Positions 54,604-64,000 of a DNA stretch of 64,000 nt are shown here, one piece after another (the stretch's first letter is position 1; every line of letters starts with the position of its first letter). The translations under genes and the position numbers were made by a program. The DNA is taken from the NCBI GenBank assembly GCA_965116905.1, contig OZ220732.1:2240001-2304000 (forward strand), given 5' to 3'. Source of the DNA: Longimicrobiales bacterium (GTDB lineage Bacteria > Gemmatimonadota > Gemmatimonadetes > Longimicrobiales > Gaopeijiaceae). The notes under the pieces were generated by a model. That model was given only the letters and a program-made list of their open reading frames with translations. It had not been told where the DNA came from and ran no database searches.

Positions 54604-55286
54604 TGGCGCGCCGGGGTGCCGCGCGGCCCGTGGCGGCGAAGGTGTGCGGCGTGATGACGCCCCGCGACGCGGGGGTGGTGGAGGGGGCGGGGGCGGACTT
54701 CATCGGCGTGATCCTCTCGCCGGGCTTCGGGCGCAGTGTGGCGGCCGAGCGGGCCGGTGCGATCTACGACGCCGCGTCGGCGCGCCGGGTCGGGGTCTTC
54801 GTGGACGCGGACGAGGGGGACGTGACCCGGATCGCGGCCGAGCTGGATCTTGACGTGATCCAGCTGGGGGGGAGCGAGAGGACCGACGTCGTGGCGCGGA
54901 TCGGGGCGGCGGGGAGGTGGGGGGTGTGGAAGACGGTCCACGCACGGCCGGACGTGCCGTTGGCGGACGCCGCGGCGCCGTACGCGGCCGTTGCGGACGG
55001 CATTCTGCTCGACTCCTGGGACCCGCGGCGCCCCGGGGGCACCGGAAGGACCTTTTCGTGGGCGGGGGTGGGCCGTGAGGTGCGGCGCGCCATCGGGTCC
55101 GCGACCCTCATCGCGGCCGGGGGCATGAACCCGGACAACGCTGCCGATGCGGTCCGGGCCCTGGCCCCCGACGTGCTCGACGTCAGTTCGGGGGTGGAAG
55201 CCGCCCCGGGGACCAAGGACGCCGGCAGAACGCGAGCCTTCGTGCGCGCGGTGAGGCGTGCGGGCAGGGAGGAGGGGGAACGTTGA
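54603..55286 (+). CDS. trpF: Phosphoribosylanthranilate isomerase
   Basis: [31 protein letters not shown]. Confidence 0.95.
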   Translation: MARRGAARPVAAKVCGVMTPRDAGVVEGAGADFIGVILSPGFGRSVAAERAGAIYDAASARRVGVFVDADEGDVTRIAAELDLDVIQLGGSERTDVVARIGAAGRWGVWKTVHARPDVPLADAAAPYAAVADGILLDSWDPRRPGGTGRTFSWAGVGREVRRAIGSATLIAAGGMNPDNAADAVRALAPDVLDVSSGVEAAPGTKDAGRTRAFVRAVRRAGREEGER

Positions 55287-56473
55287 CGGCCCCGGTCCGC
55301 GAACCCGGGCGGTACGGCCCCTACGGCGGGCGCTACGTGCCCGAGACGCTGATCCCGGCGCTGGATGAACTGACGGGCGCGTACGCGCGGGCCAAGGCCG
55401 ATCCGTCGTTCCTGGCCGAGTTCGATGCTCTGAGCGCGGACTACGTCGGCCGTCCCACGCCCCTCTACCGCGCCCGCCGCTTCGAGGCGGAGGCCGGGGT
55501 CGGGCCGGTCTACCTCAAGCGCGAGGATCTGAACCATACCGGCGCCCACAAGATCAACAACACGGTCGGGCAGGCGCTCCTCGCGAAGCGAATGGGAAAG
55601 CCCAGGATCATCGCCGAGACGGGGGCCGGGCAGCACGGCGTGGCGACGGCGACCGCGTGCGCGCTCTTCGACATGGAATGCGTGGTCTACATGGGCATGG
55701 AGGACGTGGAGCGGCAGTCTCTCAACGTCTACCGCATGGAGCTGCTCGGAGCCGAGGTGCGGCCCGTCGAATCCGGGACCCGGACGCTCAAGGACGCCAC
55801 CAACGAAGCGCTGCGCGACTGGGTCACCAACGTGCGCGACACGCACTATATCATCGGCTCGGTGGTGGGTCCCCACCCCTTCCCGCTGATCGTGCGCGAC
55901 TTCCAGGCGGTCATCGGGCGCGAGGCCCGGCGCCAGATCCTCGAGGTTGAGGGTCGGCTCCCCGCATCGGTGGTGGCGTGCGTCGGGGGCGGCTCCAATG
56001 CGATGGGGATGTTTCACGCCTTTGTCGGGGACGAGGGAGTTGCCCTGATCGGGGTCGAGGCGTCCGGGCACGGGCTGGGGAGCGGCCACTCGTCGGCGCC
56101 CCTGAGCGAGGGCCGGCCCGGAGTGCTGCACGGATCGCTGAGCTATCTGCTCCAGGACGCGGACGGGCAGGTCGCGCCCGCCCACTCGATCGCGGCGGGA
56201 CTGGACTACCCGGGCGTCGGGCCGGAGCACTCCCATCTCATGGATTCGGGCCGCGCCAGGTACGTGAGCGTCGGGGACGAAGCCGCAGAGAGGGCGTTTC
56301 GGGCGCTGCCGGGGCTGGAGGGGATCATCCCGGCGCTGGAGACGGCCCATGCGCTCGCCTGGGTCGCCGCAGCGGGGCGGCGGGGCGAGATCGCGGCGCC
56401 GGTGGCCATCTGCCTGAGCGGGCGGGGCGACAAGGACGTGGTGCACGTGTCCCGTCTGGCAGTCCGTGGATAA
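55283..56473 (+). CDS. trpB: Tryptophan synthase beta chain
   Basis: [41 protein letters not shown]. Confidence 0.98.
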   Translation: MTAPVREPGRYGPYGGRYVPETLIPALDELTGAYARAKADPSFLAEFDALSADYVGRPTPLYRARRFEAEAGVGPVYLKREDLNHTGAHKINNTVGQALLAKRMGKPRIIAETGAGQHGVATATACALFDMECVVYMGMEDVERQSLNVYRMELLGAEVRPVESGTRTLKDATNEALRDWVTNVRDTHYIIGSVVGPHPFPLIVRDFQAVIGREARRQILEVEGRLPASVVACVGGGSNAMGMFHAFVGDEGVALIGVEASGHGLGSGHSSAPLSEGRPGVLHGSLSYLLQDADGQVAPAHSIAAGLDYPGVGPEHSHLMDSGRARYVSVGDEAAERAFRALPGLEGIIPALETAHALAWVAAAGRRGEIAAPVAICLSGRGDKDVVHVSRLAVRG

Positions 56474-56739
56474 AGCCGCCCGGGCACCGAGAGCGGCGAG
56501 GCGCCGGGCCGGCAAGGCGCGACGAAAGGCCAGTAGCAGTGCTACGGGCCCGAGGAGCAACGCGGAGCACGGCCCCGACAGGCCAGAACGTAAAGTAAAC
56601 ATGACATTGTGTAAACTATGATTTACAGCGTGAAGAGGCGAGGCCGAGCGCCCGGCCCGGATGCATCGCCGTTCGAATGCCGGGGGGATTTTGTCCACGG
56701 ACTGCTGGGTGGGGGGGAAGCCGGGAAGGGGGCCGTGCC
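56474..56739. other. Structured intergenic insert between trpB and trpA
   Basis: Hairpin GTAGCA-G-TGCTAC at 56533-56545 inside CAAGGCGCGACGA...GAGGAGCAACGC; AT-rich core 56588-56627. Confidence 0.4.
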
Positions 56740-57549
56740 GTGAGCGGGCGTGCGCCGGTGGGACGAATCGGTGCCCGGTTCGAGAAGCTGGCCCGGGAGG
56801 GGCGCCGCGGCTTTATCCCGTACGTTACGACCGGGTACCCGTCGCTGGCCCACACGCGTGAGATGGTGGCCGGGCTGGCCGAACTGGGCGCCGACGTGAT
56901 CGAGCTCGGCATCCCGTTCAGCGACCCGATGGCCGACGGACCCACGATCCAGCGTTCCAGCCAGGGCGCTCTGGACAACGGAACGACCGTCGACGACGTG
57001 TTCGAAGTGCTGCGGGACCTGCGGCGTACGAGCGATGTGCCGGTGGTCGTCTTTTCGTACCTCAATCCCATCTATTCGCGCGGCGTGGACGCCTTTGTGC
57101 GCGAGGCGGTCGAGGCGGGTGCCGACGGGATTCTGCCCACGGATCTCCCCCTCGGTGCCGATCCGGAGCTCGAGTCGAAAATCCTCGATTCCCCCCTGGA
57201 CCTGGTGCGCCTCGTGGCTCCGACCACGACTCCGCAGCGGGTTCGGGAGATCGCGCTGGCCAGCCAGGGGTTCGTCTACTATGTGGCGCGCACCGGCGTG
57301 ACCGGTGCCCGCGAGCAGCTGAGGAGCGCCCTGGCGGAGGAGGCGAACGCGGTTCGTTCGGTTTCGCCGCTGCCGGTGGCCGTGGGCTTCGGCGTGTCCA
57401 CTCCAGACCATGCGCGCGCGGTCGGCGCGGCCGCCGATGCCGCTGTGGTCGGGAGCGCGCTCGTCGCCCGCCTGGACGAGGGGGGAGTGGATGGGGCCCT
57501 GGCTCTGGCAGGCGACCTCAGGCGGGCCCTCGACGAGGTGTGCAGCTAG
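56740..57549 (+). CDS. trpA: Tryptophan synthase alpha chain
   Basis: ELGIPFSDPMADGPTIQ, YLNP, APTT, GVTG, VGFG, VVGSA. Confidence 0.97.
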   Translation: MSGRAPVGRIGARFEKLAREGRRGFIPYVTTGYPSLAHTREMVAGLAELGADVIELGIPFSDPMADGPTIQRSSQGALDNGTTVDDVFEVLRDLRRTSDVPVVVFSYLNPIYSRGVDAFVREAVEAGADGILPTDLPLGADPELESKILDSPLDLVRLVAPTTTPQRVREIALASQGFVYYVARTGVTGAREQLRSALAEEANAVRSVSPLPVAVGFGVSTPDHARAVGAAADAAVVGSALVARLDEGGVDGALALAGDLRRALDEVCS

Positions 57550-57553
57550 GCAG

Positions 57554-59191
57554 CTAGGGCCTTAGTCGGTCCGCCAGCCGGGGATCCGGCGCGACGAATA
57601 CGGTGCGGACACGGTCCGGGATCACCGCGCCCGGTGCCGCCTTCCGGGGCTTGCGCACCCATTTGCGGCGGGTCCAGTCGACCGGCACCGTGGCCGACGC
57701 ACGCGCGCCGCTGTGGCTGGCGGCCAGAATCGCGGCCTCTTCCAGATCGGCTGCGGGGGGACTGTCCGGGCTCGTCCAGCGCAGGATCACGTGGGCTCCC
57801 GCCGCGTGGCGCGCGTGCAGCCAGATGTCGGCTGGCCGGGAGTGGTGGAACGTGAGGTCGTCGTTGCGGCGGGCACCGCGCCCTACCCGGATCTCCAGGC
57901 CTCCCGAACTCCTGTAGGATCGATAGGGAAGCAGCGGGGCAGAGCCCGGCCGGGCGGGAGAGCGGCGGGTCGCCGCCGGTGTCAGGGCCGCGACCTCCCG
58001 GGACGACAGTCGAGCATTCCGGGCGCGTTGTTGCAGGTCTTCGATCCGGGCAAGTTCGGCCTCCGCTTCGCCTATCCGTTCGCGCAACGTAACCGCGCCC
58101 CTCTCCAGTCTGCCGGCCTTCCGGAAGAGTGCGTTGGCGTGCTCCTGCGGCCTGCTCCCGGGATCCAGCAATACCACGCGTGGCCGCCCGTCGAAGCCGA
58201 CGAGTGCCGCCTCGCTCGCACCGGCGTCGATCAAGTGGATTGAGGAGAGGATGAGCGCGGCTTCCTCTCGCATCCGGTCCGCGCGGGCGGTCCGCTCCAG
58301 CTGATGGTGCAGCCGCTTCAGCTTTCTTTGTACGCGGCGGCGCTCACCGGCCAGTGCCCGTGCCACCGCGGCGGACGCGCGGCCGGCGTCGGGATCTGCC
58401 GCGGCCAGCACGTCTTCCATGCCATGCAACAGGCTCTCGACCGCCCTGGCGGGCATTGGGGGCAGGGGCCAGGGGTAGGGCTGCGGTCCCGACGGCATCT
58501 CCAGCAGGTGGGGCGAACGGGCTGCGGGCGCCGCCATCCGACGCCACCTGCGGAATCCTTCTTCCCTGGTCGGGGCCTCCAGCAGATACCGGGCGTTCAG
58601 GCTGGACGCATGAGCGACACCGGTCAGCAGGGCCCTGCGGGCGTCTTTCGGGCTCAACCCTTCGAATCGCAGGTCCCAGGCAGCCAGATCCAGCTCGTCC
58701 GTTCGCCGGGCACCGTCAGGCCCGGACGGGGGCGCCCATGGCTGTCCGACCCGGTGTCTTCCGGAGCCAGCGCTCGTCAGCCGTTTTCGCACGCGCAGCT
58801 CGGGTCCATCCGTCCACAGTGCGTTCCATCGGTTCGTCGCGAGTTCGACGATCAGCGACGGGTGCGGCTTCCTGCCCCGCACGCGCCGGAATCCGAACAC
58901 GATTATGCGCTCGTCCCAAACTGCCTCCACACGGGTCAGCACCGCGGGCAGCGGCTCGGCCTCCGGCTCGGGCTCCTGCACCGACGCCGGCTCCGATCCC
59001 GGCTCCGACGCCTCCCGCAGCACGATCACTCCCGTCCCTGGGGACAGGTCCACGACCAGCGTCGCGTCACGGAAATGGACCGCGACCCGCCTGGTTTCAC
59101 GGTCGAATCGAATGGTGCGAGCCCGTGCGCCGACAAGCCGGTCCTCAAGCTCGGCAGCGACCGCGCGGGCCAGACACGGATCCCAGATCAC
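57554..59191 (-). CDS. NFACT family protein (RqcH/FbpA-like); start uncertain
   Basis: DERII, LIVEL; coiled coil; NFACT-R VGRGARRND.LT, WLHAR..AGAHVIL, VDWTRRKWVRKP. Confidence 0.88.
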   Translation of the reverse strand: MIWDPCLARAVAAELEDRLVGARARTIRFDRETRRVAVHFRDATLVVDLSPGTGVIVLREASEPGSEPASVQEPEPEAEPLPAVLTRVEAVWDERIIVFGFRRVRGRKPHPSLIVELATNRWNALWTDGPELRVRKRLTSAGSGRHRVGQPWAPPSGPDGARRTDELDLAAWDLRFEGLSPKDARRALLTGVAHASSLNARYLLEAPTREEGFRRWRRMAAPAARSPHLLEMPSGPQPYPWPLPPMPARAVESLLHGMEDVLAAADPDAGRASAAVARALAGERRRVQRKLKRLHHQLERTARADRMREEAALILSSIHLIDAGASEAALVGFDGRPRVVLLDPGSRPQEHANALFRKAGRLERGAVTLRERIGEAEAELARIEDLQQRARNARLSSREVAALTPAATRRSPARPGSAPLLPYRSYRSSGGLEIRVGRGARRNDDLTFHHSRPADIWLHARHAAGAHVILRWTSPDSPPAADLEEAAILAASHSGARASATVPVDWTRRKWVRKPRKAAPGAVIPDRVRTVFVAPDPRLADRLRP

Positions 59192-59281
59192 GGGCCTTGG
59201 TGCCGAGCCTGGGGCCCGGTTACCGTTACGATGACGACTGACCTGACCATTCTTCAAGGTACACGGACTGCTGGGGGTAAC

Positions 59282-59884
59282 ATGTCGGTAGGCGTGCGGA
59301 CGAGGGCCCCGGTTCACCCGATCGTCGCGGCCGCCGCGGAGGGCCGGCTGCCCGAGTGGGCTGTTGCCGGCGCGGGGCGGCGGCAGCATATGGAGCGGGT
59401 GGCGGGTGTGCTCGAAGGCTGGGCCCGCGAGATGGGGCTCGGGGGGGAGGACATCGCGAGGTGGCGCGGCGCAGGCATCCTGCACGATGCGCTGCGAGAC
59501 GCGTCGCCCGCCGAACTGGCCGGCATCCTGCCGAGCCGGCTTCGCAAGCTGCCGCGAAATGCCCATCATGGCCCCGCGGCGGCGATCCTGCTGCGTGCCG
59601 GTGGCGTATCGGATCGCGGCCTCTTGCGTGCGGTTCGTTGGCATACACTGGGCTCGAAGAGGTTCGGCAAGCTCGGCAAGGCCCTGTACGCGGCCGATTT
59701 CCTCGAGCCCGGCCGGTCGGGAAAGAGAAAATGGCGAAGCGGACTGAGGGCGCGTGCATCGGACGAACTGGACCGGGTGGTCACCGAAATCCTGAGAAAC
59801 CGGATAGATTACCGTGTACGCGCCGAGCTGCCGGTCCACCCGCGCACGATCGGCTTCTGGAACTCACTCGTAAAGGCTTCCTGA
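59282..59884 (+). CDS. HD-domain hydrolase (YqeK-like)
   Basis: RQHMERV, ILHD, HHGP, RWHTLG, YAADFLEPGR. Confidence 0.85.
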   Translation: MSVGVRTRAPVHPIVAAAAEGRLPEWAVAGAGRRQHMERVAGVLEGWAREMGLGGEDIARWRGAGILHDALRDASPAELAGILPSRLRKLPRNAHHGPAAAILLRAGGVSDRGLLRAVRWHTLGSKRFGKLGKALYAADFLEPGRSGKRKWRSGLRARASDELDRVVTEILRNRIDYRVRAELPVHPRTIGFWNSLVKAS

Positions 59885-59893
59885 CGACAGCCG

Positions 59894-60463
59894 ATGGGAC
59901 GATTCCTGAGAGCGGCAATCTTCAGCCTTGCGGCCCTGGGCGTGATTGTGCTCCTCGCATCTTCCATCATGCAGTGGATTCCGGAGGCGACAGCGCCGCC
60001 GGGCCCCGTGTTTTCGCCGGCGCAGGACACGGAGAGCGGGCGCGAGGCGCGCATCACGGTGGACGTGCGCAATGCGGGCGGGGTCGACGGCATGGCGCGC
60101 GCCGCGACGGACTACTTGCGGGAGGCGGGCTTCGACGTGGTCGGAATCGGCAACGCCCGCAGCTTCGACCAGGAGACGTCGGTGGTGATCGACCGCGTGG
60201 GGAACCGGGGTACGGCTGCCCGGGTAGCGGAGGTGCTGGGGATCGACAGCGTAGCCAGCGAGCCGGACCCGAACCTCTTCGTTGACGTTACCGTAAGGCT
60301 TGGTGCCGCGTGGTCGATTCCGCAGGAGTCGGTCCCGGTCGCGGTCGTGGCGCAACCGGAACGGGCCGGCTTCATCGCACGGCTGCGAGAGTTCCTTGCC
60401 GGCATGGGAGACGAAGGCCAGGGCATGGGAGACGAGGGCCAGGGCATGGGAGACGAGGGCTAG
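59894..60463 (+). CDS. LytR C-terminal domain membrane protein
   Basis: TM anchor; VDVRNAGGVDGMA...LREAGFDV..IGNA...VDVTVRLG. Confidence 0.88.
   Translation: MGRFLRAAIFSLAALGVIVLLASSIMQWIPEATAPPGPVFSPAQDTESGREARITVDVRNAGGVDGMARAATDYLREAGFDVVGIGNARSFDQETSVVIDRVGNRGTAARVAEVLGIDSVASEPDPNLFVDVTVRLGAAWSIPQESVPVAVVAQPERAGFIARLREFLAGMGDEGQGMGDEGQGMGDEG
60401..60463. repeat. 21-bp tandem repeat x3 (GMGDEGQ)
   Basis: GGCATGGGAGACGAGGGCCAG-type units; the last ends in the TAG stop. Confidence 0.9.
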
Positions 60464-60465
60464 GC

Positions 60466-61248
60466 ATGGCCGCAAAACGGAGACGGAAGACCCGCCGCGC
60501 ATCGGCGCCACGGGGCCGCGGAAAGACCGCGAAGGAGCCTACGAAGGGCCGCCGCGGGGCGGCCAGGGACGAAGAGGGCGGGAGTGGGGCCGAATGGATC
60601 AAGTCCATCTTCTACGCGTTTGTCATCTTTTTTGTCATGAGACTCTTCCTGATCCAGACCTTCGTGATCACCTCCGGATCGATGGAGAACACCCTTCTGG
60701 TCGGGGACTTCCTGGTGGTCAACAAGGCGGCGATCGGCTCCCGGGTTCCCTTCACCGACATCCGGATTCCGGGATACTCGGAGCCCAGGCGGGGCGATGT
60801 CCTCGTCTTCGATCCGCATCACGAGGAGGACATGACGCTCGTCAAGCGCCTCGTGGGCGTGCCCGGGGACGTTCTGGAGATGCGGGACCGGGTGCTGTAC
60901 CTGAACGGACAACCGCAGGACGAGCCCTATGTCGTGAGGAGCGGGCGTCCCGACGAATTCGACCCCTCGATGCTGTGGCAACTGAATCACCTCGTCGAGG
61001 CCGCGCCCGACGAGTATCGCCCGACGCGTGACAACTGGGGTCCTCTGTTGGTCCCGGACGGGTACTACTTCATGCTGGGCGACAATCGCGACTCAAGTCT
61101 CGATTCGCGGTTTTGGGGACTGCTGGAAGGATGGCGTTTCGAGGGGCGCGCGGCGCGCATCTATTTCTCATACAACCGCGACTCGGACCGTCCCTTTCCG
61201 TGGATCAGGGAGATCCGCGGGAGCCGGATCGGAGACGGAATCCGGTAG
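60466..61248 (+). CDS. lepB: Signal peptidase I
   Basis: SGSMENTL..GD, LVKR.VG.PGD, GDNRDSSLDSR. Confidence 0.96.
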   Translation: MAAKRRRKTRRASAPRGRGKTAKEPTKGRRGAARDEEGGSGAEWIKSIFYAFVIFFVMRLFLIQTFVITSGSMENTLLVGDFLVVNKAAIGSRVPFTDIRIPGYSEPRRGDVLVFDPHHEEDMTLVKRLVGVPGDVLEMRDRVLYLNGQPQDEPYVVRSGRPDEFDPSMLWQLNHLVEAAPDEYRPTRDNWGPLLVPDGYYFMLGDNRDSSLDSRFWGLLEGWRFEGRAARIYFSYNRDSDRPFPWIREIRGSRIGDGIR

Positions 61249-62320
61249 CAGCCGGGCGTCTTCGACCGCGGCCATGCCGACTGGCCCGCAGCTGTCCGCA
61301 GGCGGCGTCGATGTCCCGGCCCCGCGGTTCCCGTACGGCCACCGGCACTCCGGCATCCTGCAGCCCGTCGCTGAAGGCCCGCACACGCGCCGGCCGACTC
61401 GGCTTCCACTCGACGTAGGGGATGGGGTTGAAGGGAATGAGGTTGACGAACGCCTGGACCCGCCGGGCCAGCTGCACCAGTGGGGCCAGGAGGCCGGGAT
61501 CGTCGTTGACGCCGCGGATCATCGTGTACTCGAAGGTGATCCTGCGTCCCCCTTTGCGATTGAATGCCTCCAGAGCGTCGACGACCTGGTCCAGCGGGTA
61601 GCGGCGCTCGAGCGGAATGATCTCGGCACGGAGTTCCGACACCGGAGCGTGCAGCGAGAGCGCGAGGCGGAACTGCTCGGGCCGGTCCGCCAATTCGGCG
61701 ATGCCCGGGATCACCCCGACGGTGGATACCGTGATCCGCCTGGCCCCGACACGGTAGCCGGCGTTCAGGATGGTGAGTGCCGGGAAGACGTTGCGGCGGT
61801 TCGCCAGGGGCTCGCCCATCCCCATGAAGACGACGTTCGTGACCGTGCCGCGGCCGTGCTCGGCCGCCCACCGCAGCGACGCACGGTATTGGCCGACGAT
61901 TTCCGCCGGGGTCAGCTGTCGCCCGAATCCGGACCACCCGGTGGCGCAGAAGCGGCACTTGAGCGCGCACCCGGCCTGTGACGAGAGGCAGAGGGTGAGG
62001 CGGTCGCCCGAAGGAATGAGGACGCTTTCGACGACCTCGCCGCCCCGCAATGCCCACAGGTGCTTGACGGTTCCGTCCGCGGACTCTGAAACGGTGTCCT
62101 CCGAAGGCTCGTCAAGACGGAGGCTGTCCTCCAGCGCACGGCGTTCGTCCACGGGCAGGTTGGTCATTTCGGCGAACGAACGCGCGTTGCGGGCGAAAAG
62201 CCACTCCTCGACCTGACTCGCCCGGTACGATGGCTGTCCGCGCTGGCGAAAATGACCCTGCAGGGTTTTGCGCAGGCGAGGCGGTGTCAGCCCCAGAAGA
62301 TTCGGTTGGTCGGGGGTCAC
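61205..62320 (-). CDS. rlmN: Dual-specificity RNA methyltransferase RlmN
   Basis: CLSSQAGCALKCRFC, FMGMGEP, SLHA, IDAACGQL. Confidence 0.97.
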   Translation of the reverse strand: MTPDQPNLLGLTPPRLRKTLQGHFRQRGQPSYRASQVEEWLFARNARSFAEMTNLPVDERRALEDSLRLDEPSEDTVSESADGTVKHLWALRGGEVVESVLIPSGDRLTLCLSSQAGCALKCRFCATGWSGFGRQLTPAEIVGQYRASLRWAAEHGRGTVTNVVFMGMGEPLANRRNVFPALTILNAGYRVGARRITVSTVGVIPGIAELADRPEQFRLALSLHAPVSELRAEIIPLERRYPLDQVVDALEAFNRKGGRRITFEYTMIRGVNDDPGLLAPLVQLARRVQAFVNLIPFNPIPYVEWKPSRPARVRAFSDGLQDAGVPVAVREPRGRDIDAACGQLRASRHGRGRRRPAATGFRLRSGSRGSP

Positions 62321-62438
62321 GGGTCGTGGGTCGTCTTTCTTGAAAGCCCCTTGAAGCGGGGCTTAAGTTTACCGCGAGAGCACGTCCGGCGCTCGTGCCG
62401 TCGGCCGGTAACCCCCAATGGCTCACCGGAGACGGTTA

Positions 62439-64000
62439 GTGTCGACAAACGTAAAGAGTGCCACGACGATGCGTACGGCAGGCGCCGGACGGATCACATC
62501 GGTAATGACGGGCCGGGAAGTGCGGATCGCCGGCTGGGTGCATCGCAGGCGGGATCTGGGCGGCCTGGTCTTTCTCGACGTCCGCGACCGCTCGGGCATC
62601 CTCCAGGTGTCGGTGGGTCCCGATTGGTCGTCGGAGCAGGCGGTCGATGCCGTGCGGGGCCTGGGCGTCGAGGACGTGATCCTCGTACGGGGCGTGGTTT
62701 CGGCCAGACCCGAGGCCGCACGCAATCCCGACATGGCCACCGGCGATGTGGAGGTGCAGGCCACCGCGCTTGAGGTGCTCAACAGGGCGCGCACACCGGC
62801 CATACCGGTGTACCGGCCCCCCGAAGAGGAATTGCCATCGGAGAAGCTTCGGCTCCGACACCGCGTCCTCGACCTGAGGCGGCGGGAGCTGCAGGAGAGG
62901 CTGGAGCTGCGCCACCGGCTGGTGCTGGCTGTACGGAACTACTTCGACAGCCAGGGCTTCCTGGAAATCGAGACGCCGATCCTGACCAAGCCCACCCCGG
63001 AGGGTGCACGGGACTTCCTCGTGCCGAGCCGGGTTCACCCGGGCGAATTCTTCGCACTCCCGCAAAGCCCGCAGATCTACAAGCAGTTGCTGATGATTGC
63101 CGGGTTCGACCGCTATGTGCAGATCGCGCGCTGCTTCAGAGACGAGGACCTGCGCGCGGACCGGCAGCCCGAATTCACCCAGATCGACGTGGAGGCGTCG
63201 TTCGTGCAGCCCGAGGACATCTACGGGTGGTGCGAGGGACTGATGGTCGACCTGGCCGAGGTGGCCGGCATCGACGCCGCGCCGCCGTTCCAGCGACTGG
63301 ACTACCACGAAGCCATGGAGCGCTATGGCTGCGACCGTCCCGATACGCGCTACGACCTCGAGATCCGCGATCTCACCGACGTCCTCGGCGGCTTGGACTC
63401 GGACATCCTCCGGCGTGTGGTTGCAGGAGGCGGACGGATCCGGGGCCTCGCGCTGGATGGGGGGGCTCGTCTCACACGGAAGCAGATCGTGGCCATGGAG
63501 GACGCGGCCCGGGCGACCGGCGCACCCGGCCTCCTGTGGGCCAAGGTCACCGAAAGCGGCGCCACGGGTCCGATGGGCCGCTTCTTCCGGGACGATACCG
63601 GCGCAACACTCGGCCTTGCCGCGGGCGACCTCCTCGTCGTGGCCGCGGGAGCGGACCGCGTCACCTCTCCGGCGCTGGACGCGGCCCGTGCCGCCGCCAT
63701 CGTGGCGCTGCAGCTGCCGAAGACCACCGAGCACGCATGGCTCTGGGTGACCGGCTTCCCGGTCTTCGAGGACGCCGGGGACGGGGCGCTGGCGGCGAAC
63801 CACCACCCCTTCGTGCACCCCGACCCCGCCGACGCGCACCTCCTCGACTCCGACCCGCTGGCGGTGCGGGGTCTCGCCTACGACCTGGTCTACAACGGCA
63901 CCGAGCTGGGCTCGGGCAGCATTCGCAACCACGATGCCGACATGCAGACCCGCATCCTCGCGCTGTTGGGGCTCGACCCCGACGAGATCGCGCGCAAGTT
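62439..64000 (+). CDS. aspS: Aspartate--tRNA ligase, 3' partial
   Basis: Absent from the ORF track because there is no stop in the window. Translated by eye: GWVHRRRDLGGLVFLDVRDR, TPEGARDFLVPSR, LPQSPQ, CFRDEDLRADRQPEFTQID, HHPF; RBS GGAG before GTG 62439. Confidence 0.97.
   Translation, partial: MSTNVKSATTMRTAGAGRITSVMTGREVRIAGWVHRRRDLGGLVFLDVRDRSGILQVSVGPDWSSEQAVDAVRGLGVEDVILVRGVVSARPEAARNPDMATGDVEVQATALEVLNRARTPAIPVYRPPEEELPSEKLRLRHRVLDLRRRELQERLELRHRLVLAVRNYFDSQGFLEIETPILTKPTPEGARDFLVPSRVHPGEFFALPQSPQIYKQLLMIAGFDRYVQIARCFRDEDLRADRQPEFTQIDVEASFVQPEDIYGWCEGLMVDLAEVAGIDAAPPFQRLDYHEAMERYGCDRPDTRYDLEIRDLTDVLGGLDSDILRRVVAGGGRIRGLALDGGARLTRKQIVAMEDAARATGAPGLLWAKVTESGATGPMGRFFRDDTGATLGLAAGDLLVVAAGADRVTSPALDAARAAAIVALQLPKTTEHAWLWVTGFPVFEDAGDGALAANHHPFVHPDPADAHLLDSDPLAVRGLAYDLVYNGTELGSGSIRNHDADMQTRILALLGLDPDEIARK

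Noticed and set aside
61205..61248. 44-bp convergent overlap of lepB and rlmN
   Set aside because: Explained by a low-complexity C-terminal extension of rlmN in GC-rich DNA.
62425..62450. GGTTAGTGTC near the aspS start as a further dyad copy
   Set aside because: Single half-site with no matching left arm at 6-bp spacing.

Overview
GC-rich bacterial chromosome segment. The gene content (NHL and ankyrin proteins, many secreted S9 peptidases, 6-bladed beta-propeller lipoproteins, a purB-purC-psd-pssA-purSQL-purF operon) suggests Gemmatimonadota, possibly a sponge-associated lineage; this is inference. The window has two halves. (1) About 1-40750 is a mosaic accessory region of secreted hydrolases, five paralogous beta-propeller proteins, a YtrA-ABC unit and five toxin-antitoxin-derived loci, only one of which still has an intact toxin. 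(2) About 40757-64000 is housekeeping: pur operon, degP-like, truA, trpD, lexA, trpCFBA, NFACT, yqeK-like, lepB, rlmN, partial aspS. The most unusual signal is a dispersed AT-rich 26-bp dyad, consensus GATACTAAAC-N6-GTTTAGTATC, in nine copies at five loci, all in the accessory half. Copies sit where an IS630 ORF and a HepT toxin gene break off, supply the stop codons of two genes and possibly the start codon of a third, and cluster at 42, 43, 52 and 84 bp spacing. This fits a candidate site-specific recombination (gene-cassette) system, although no recombinase is encoded in the window and a protein-binding-site explanation is not excluded. Other notable items are a parS-like palindrome (2 copies), candidate direct-repeat LexA boxes, lexA inside the trp cluster, and many micro-duplications at gene termini. 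No rRNA, tRNA or CRISPR-cas was seen. All product calls are from motif recognition by eye; no database searches were run.
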